Below, piece after piece: positions 54,830 to 55,009 of a stretch of DNA of 55,009 nucleotides. The DNA is from Ignavibacteriales bacterium (GTDB lineage: Bacteria; Bacteroidota; Ignavibacteria; UBA10030; UBA6906), in NCBI GenBank assembly GCA_037441705.1, contig JBBIRR010000028.1, forward strand, positions 1 to 55,009, given 5' to 3'. The notes beneath the pieces are model-generated. The model had not been told where the DNA came from, searched no databases, and saw only the letters and a list, made by a program, of their open reading frames with translations. Each line of letters opens with the position of its first letter. The stretch's first letter is position 1. The translations under genes and the position numbers were made by a program.

Positions 54830-55009
54830 AGAGTTTCGGACCGTGATATGAAATGCTGTGGGTGTTTTGAAGTTGGATGAATATCGGCAGAACGCTTCTC
54901 ACAATCAACTCACCGCAAGAGAAAAGAAGCAATCTTGCTTGTTCCTCCGCTTCAAACCCATTATCTTCCATCGATATTCCGAATCTCGAACTCTCAGGTC
55001 CTCATCATG

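Noticed and set aside
54850-55009. Possible 3' end of a minus-strand gene or the 90-aa ORF at the window edge
   Set aside because: No recognisable motif; cannot be distinguished from intergenic sequence.

Overview
A GC-rich bacterial chromosomal window of about 46 genes. A T9SS-type C-terminal sorting domain (QNYPNPFNP), a PorV-like barrel, a TonB receptor/DUF4249 pair and a BatA/vWA protein point to an Ignavibacteria/Bacteroidota-Chlorobi-type organism (inference). Most genes are housekeeping (hflX, suhB, pdp, pyrE, pcm, def, murI, glnD, tRNA-Gly-CCC). No CRISPR array, rRNA, integrase or transposase was seen. The most interesting items are: (1) two tandem membrane-anchored class III nucleotide cyclases with a Glu/His purine-specificity pair instead of the adenylyl-type Lys/Asp, i.e. 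candidate bacterial guanylyl (or non-ATP) cyclases, lying between two exported peptidases and the nitrogen sensor glnD; (2) a betaine-type ABC importer with a fused permease-binding protein (EgtU-like architecture) directly upstream of a type II-like egtB and egtD, next to a fungal-Nth1-like trehalase and a GH65 remnant; (3) an AT-richer T9SS cargo gene plus a broken dipeptidase end bracketed by a 68-bp promoter-like direct repeat; (4) a stand-alone HD-Pycsar-effector fusion; (5) a tRNA whose CCA end shares a base with the next ATG; (6) a 58-aa zinc-ribbon ORF missed by the ORF track. All calls come from reading motifs by eye; no searches were run.
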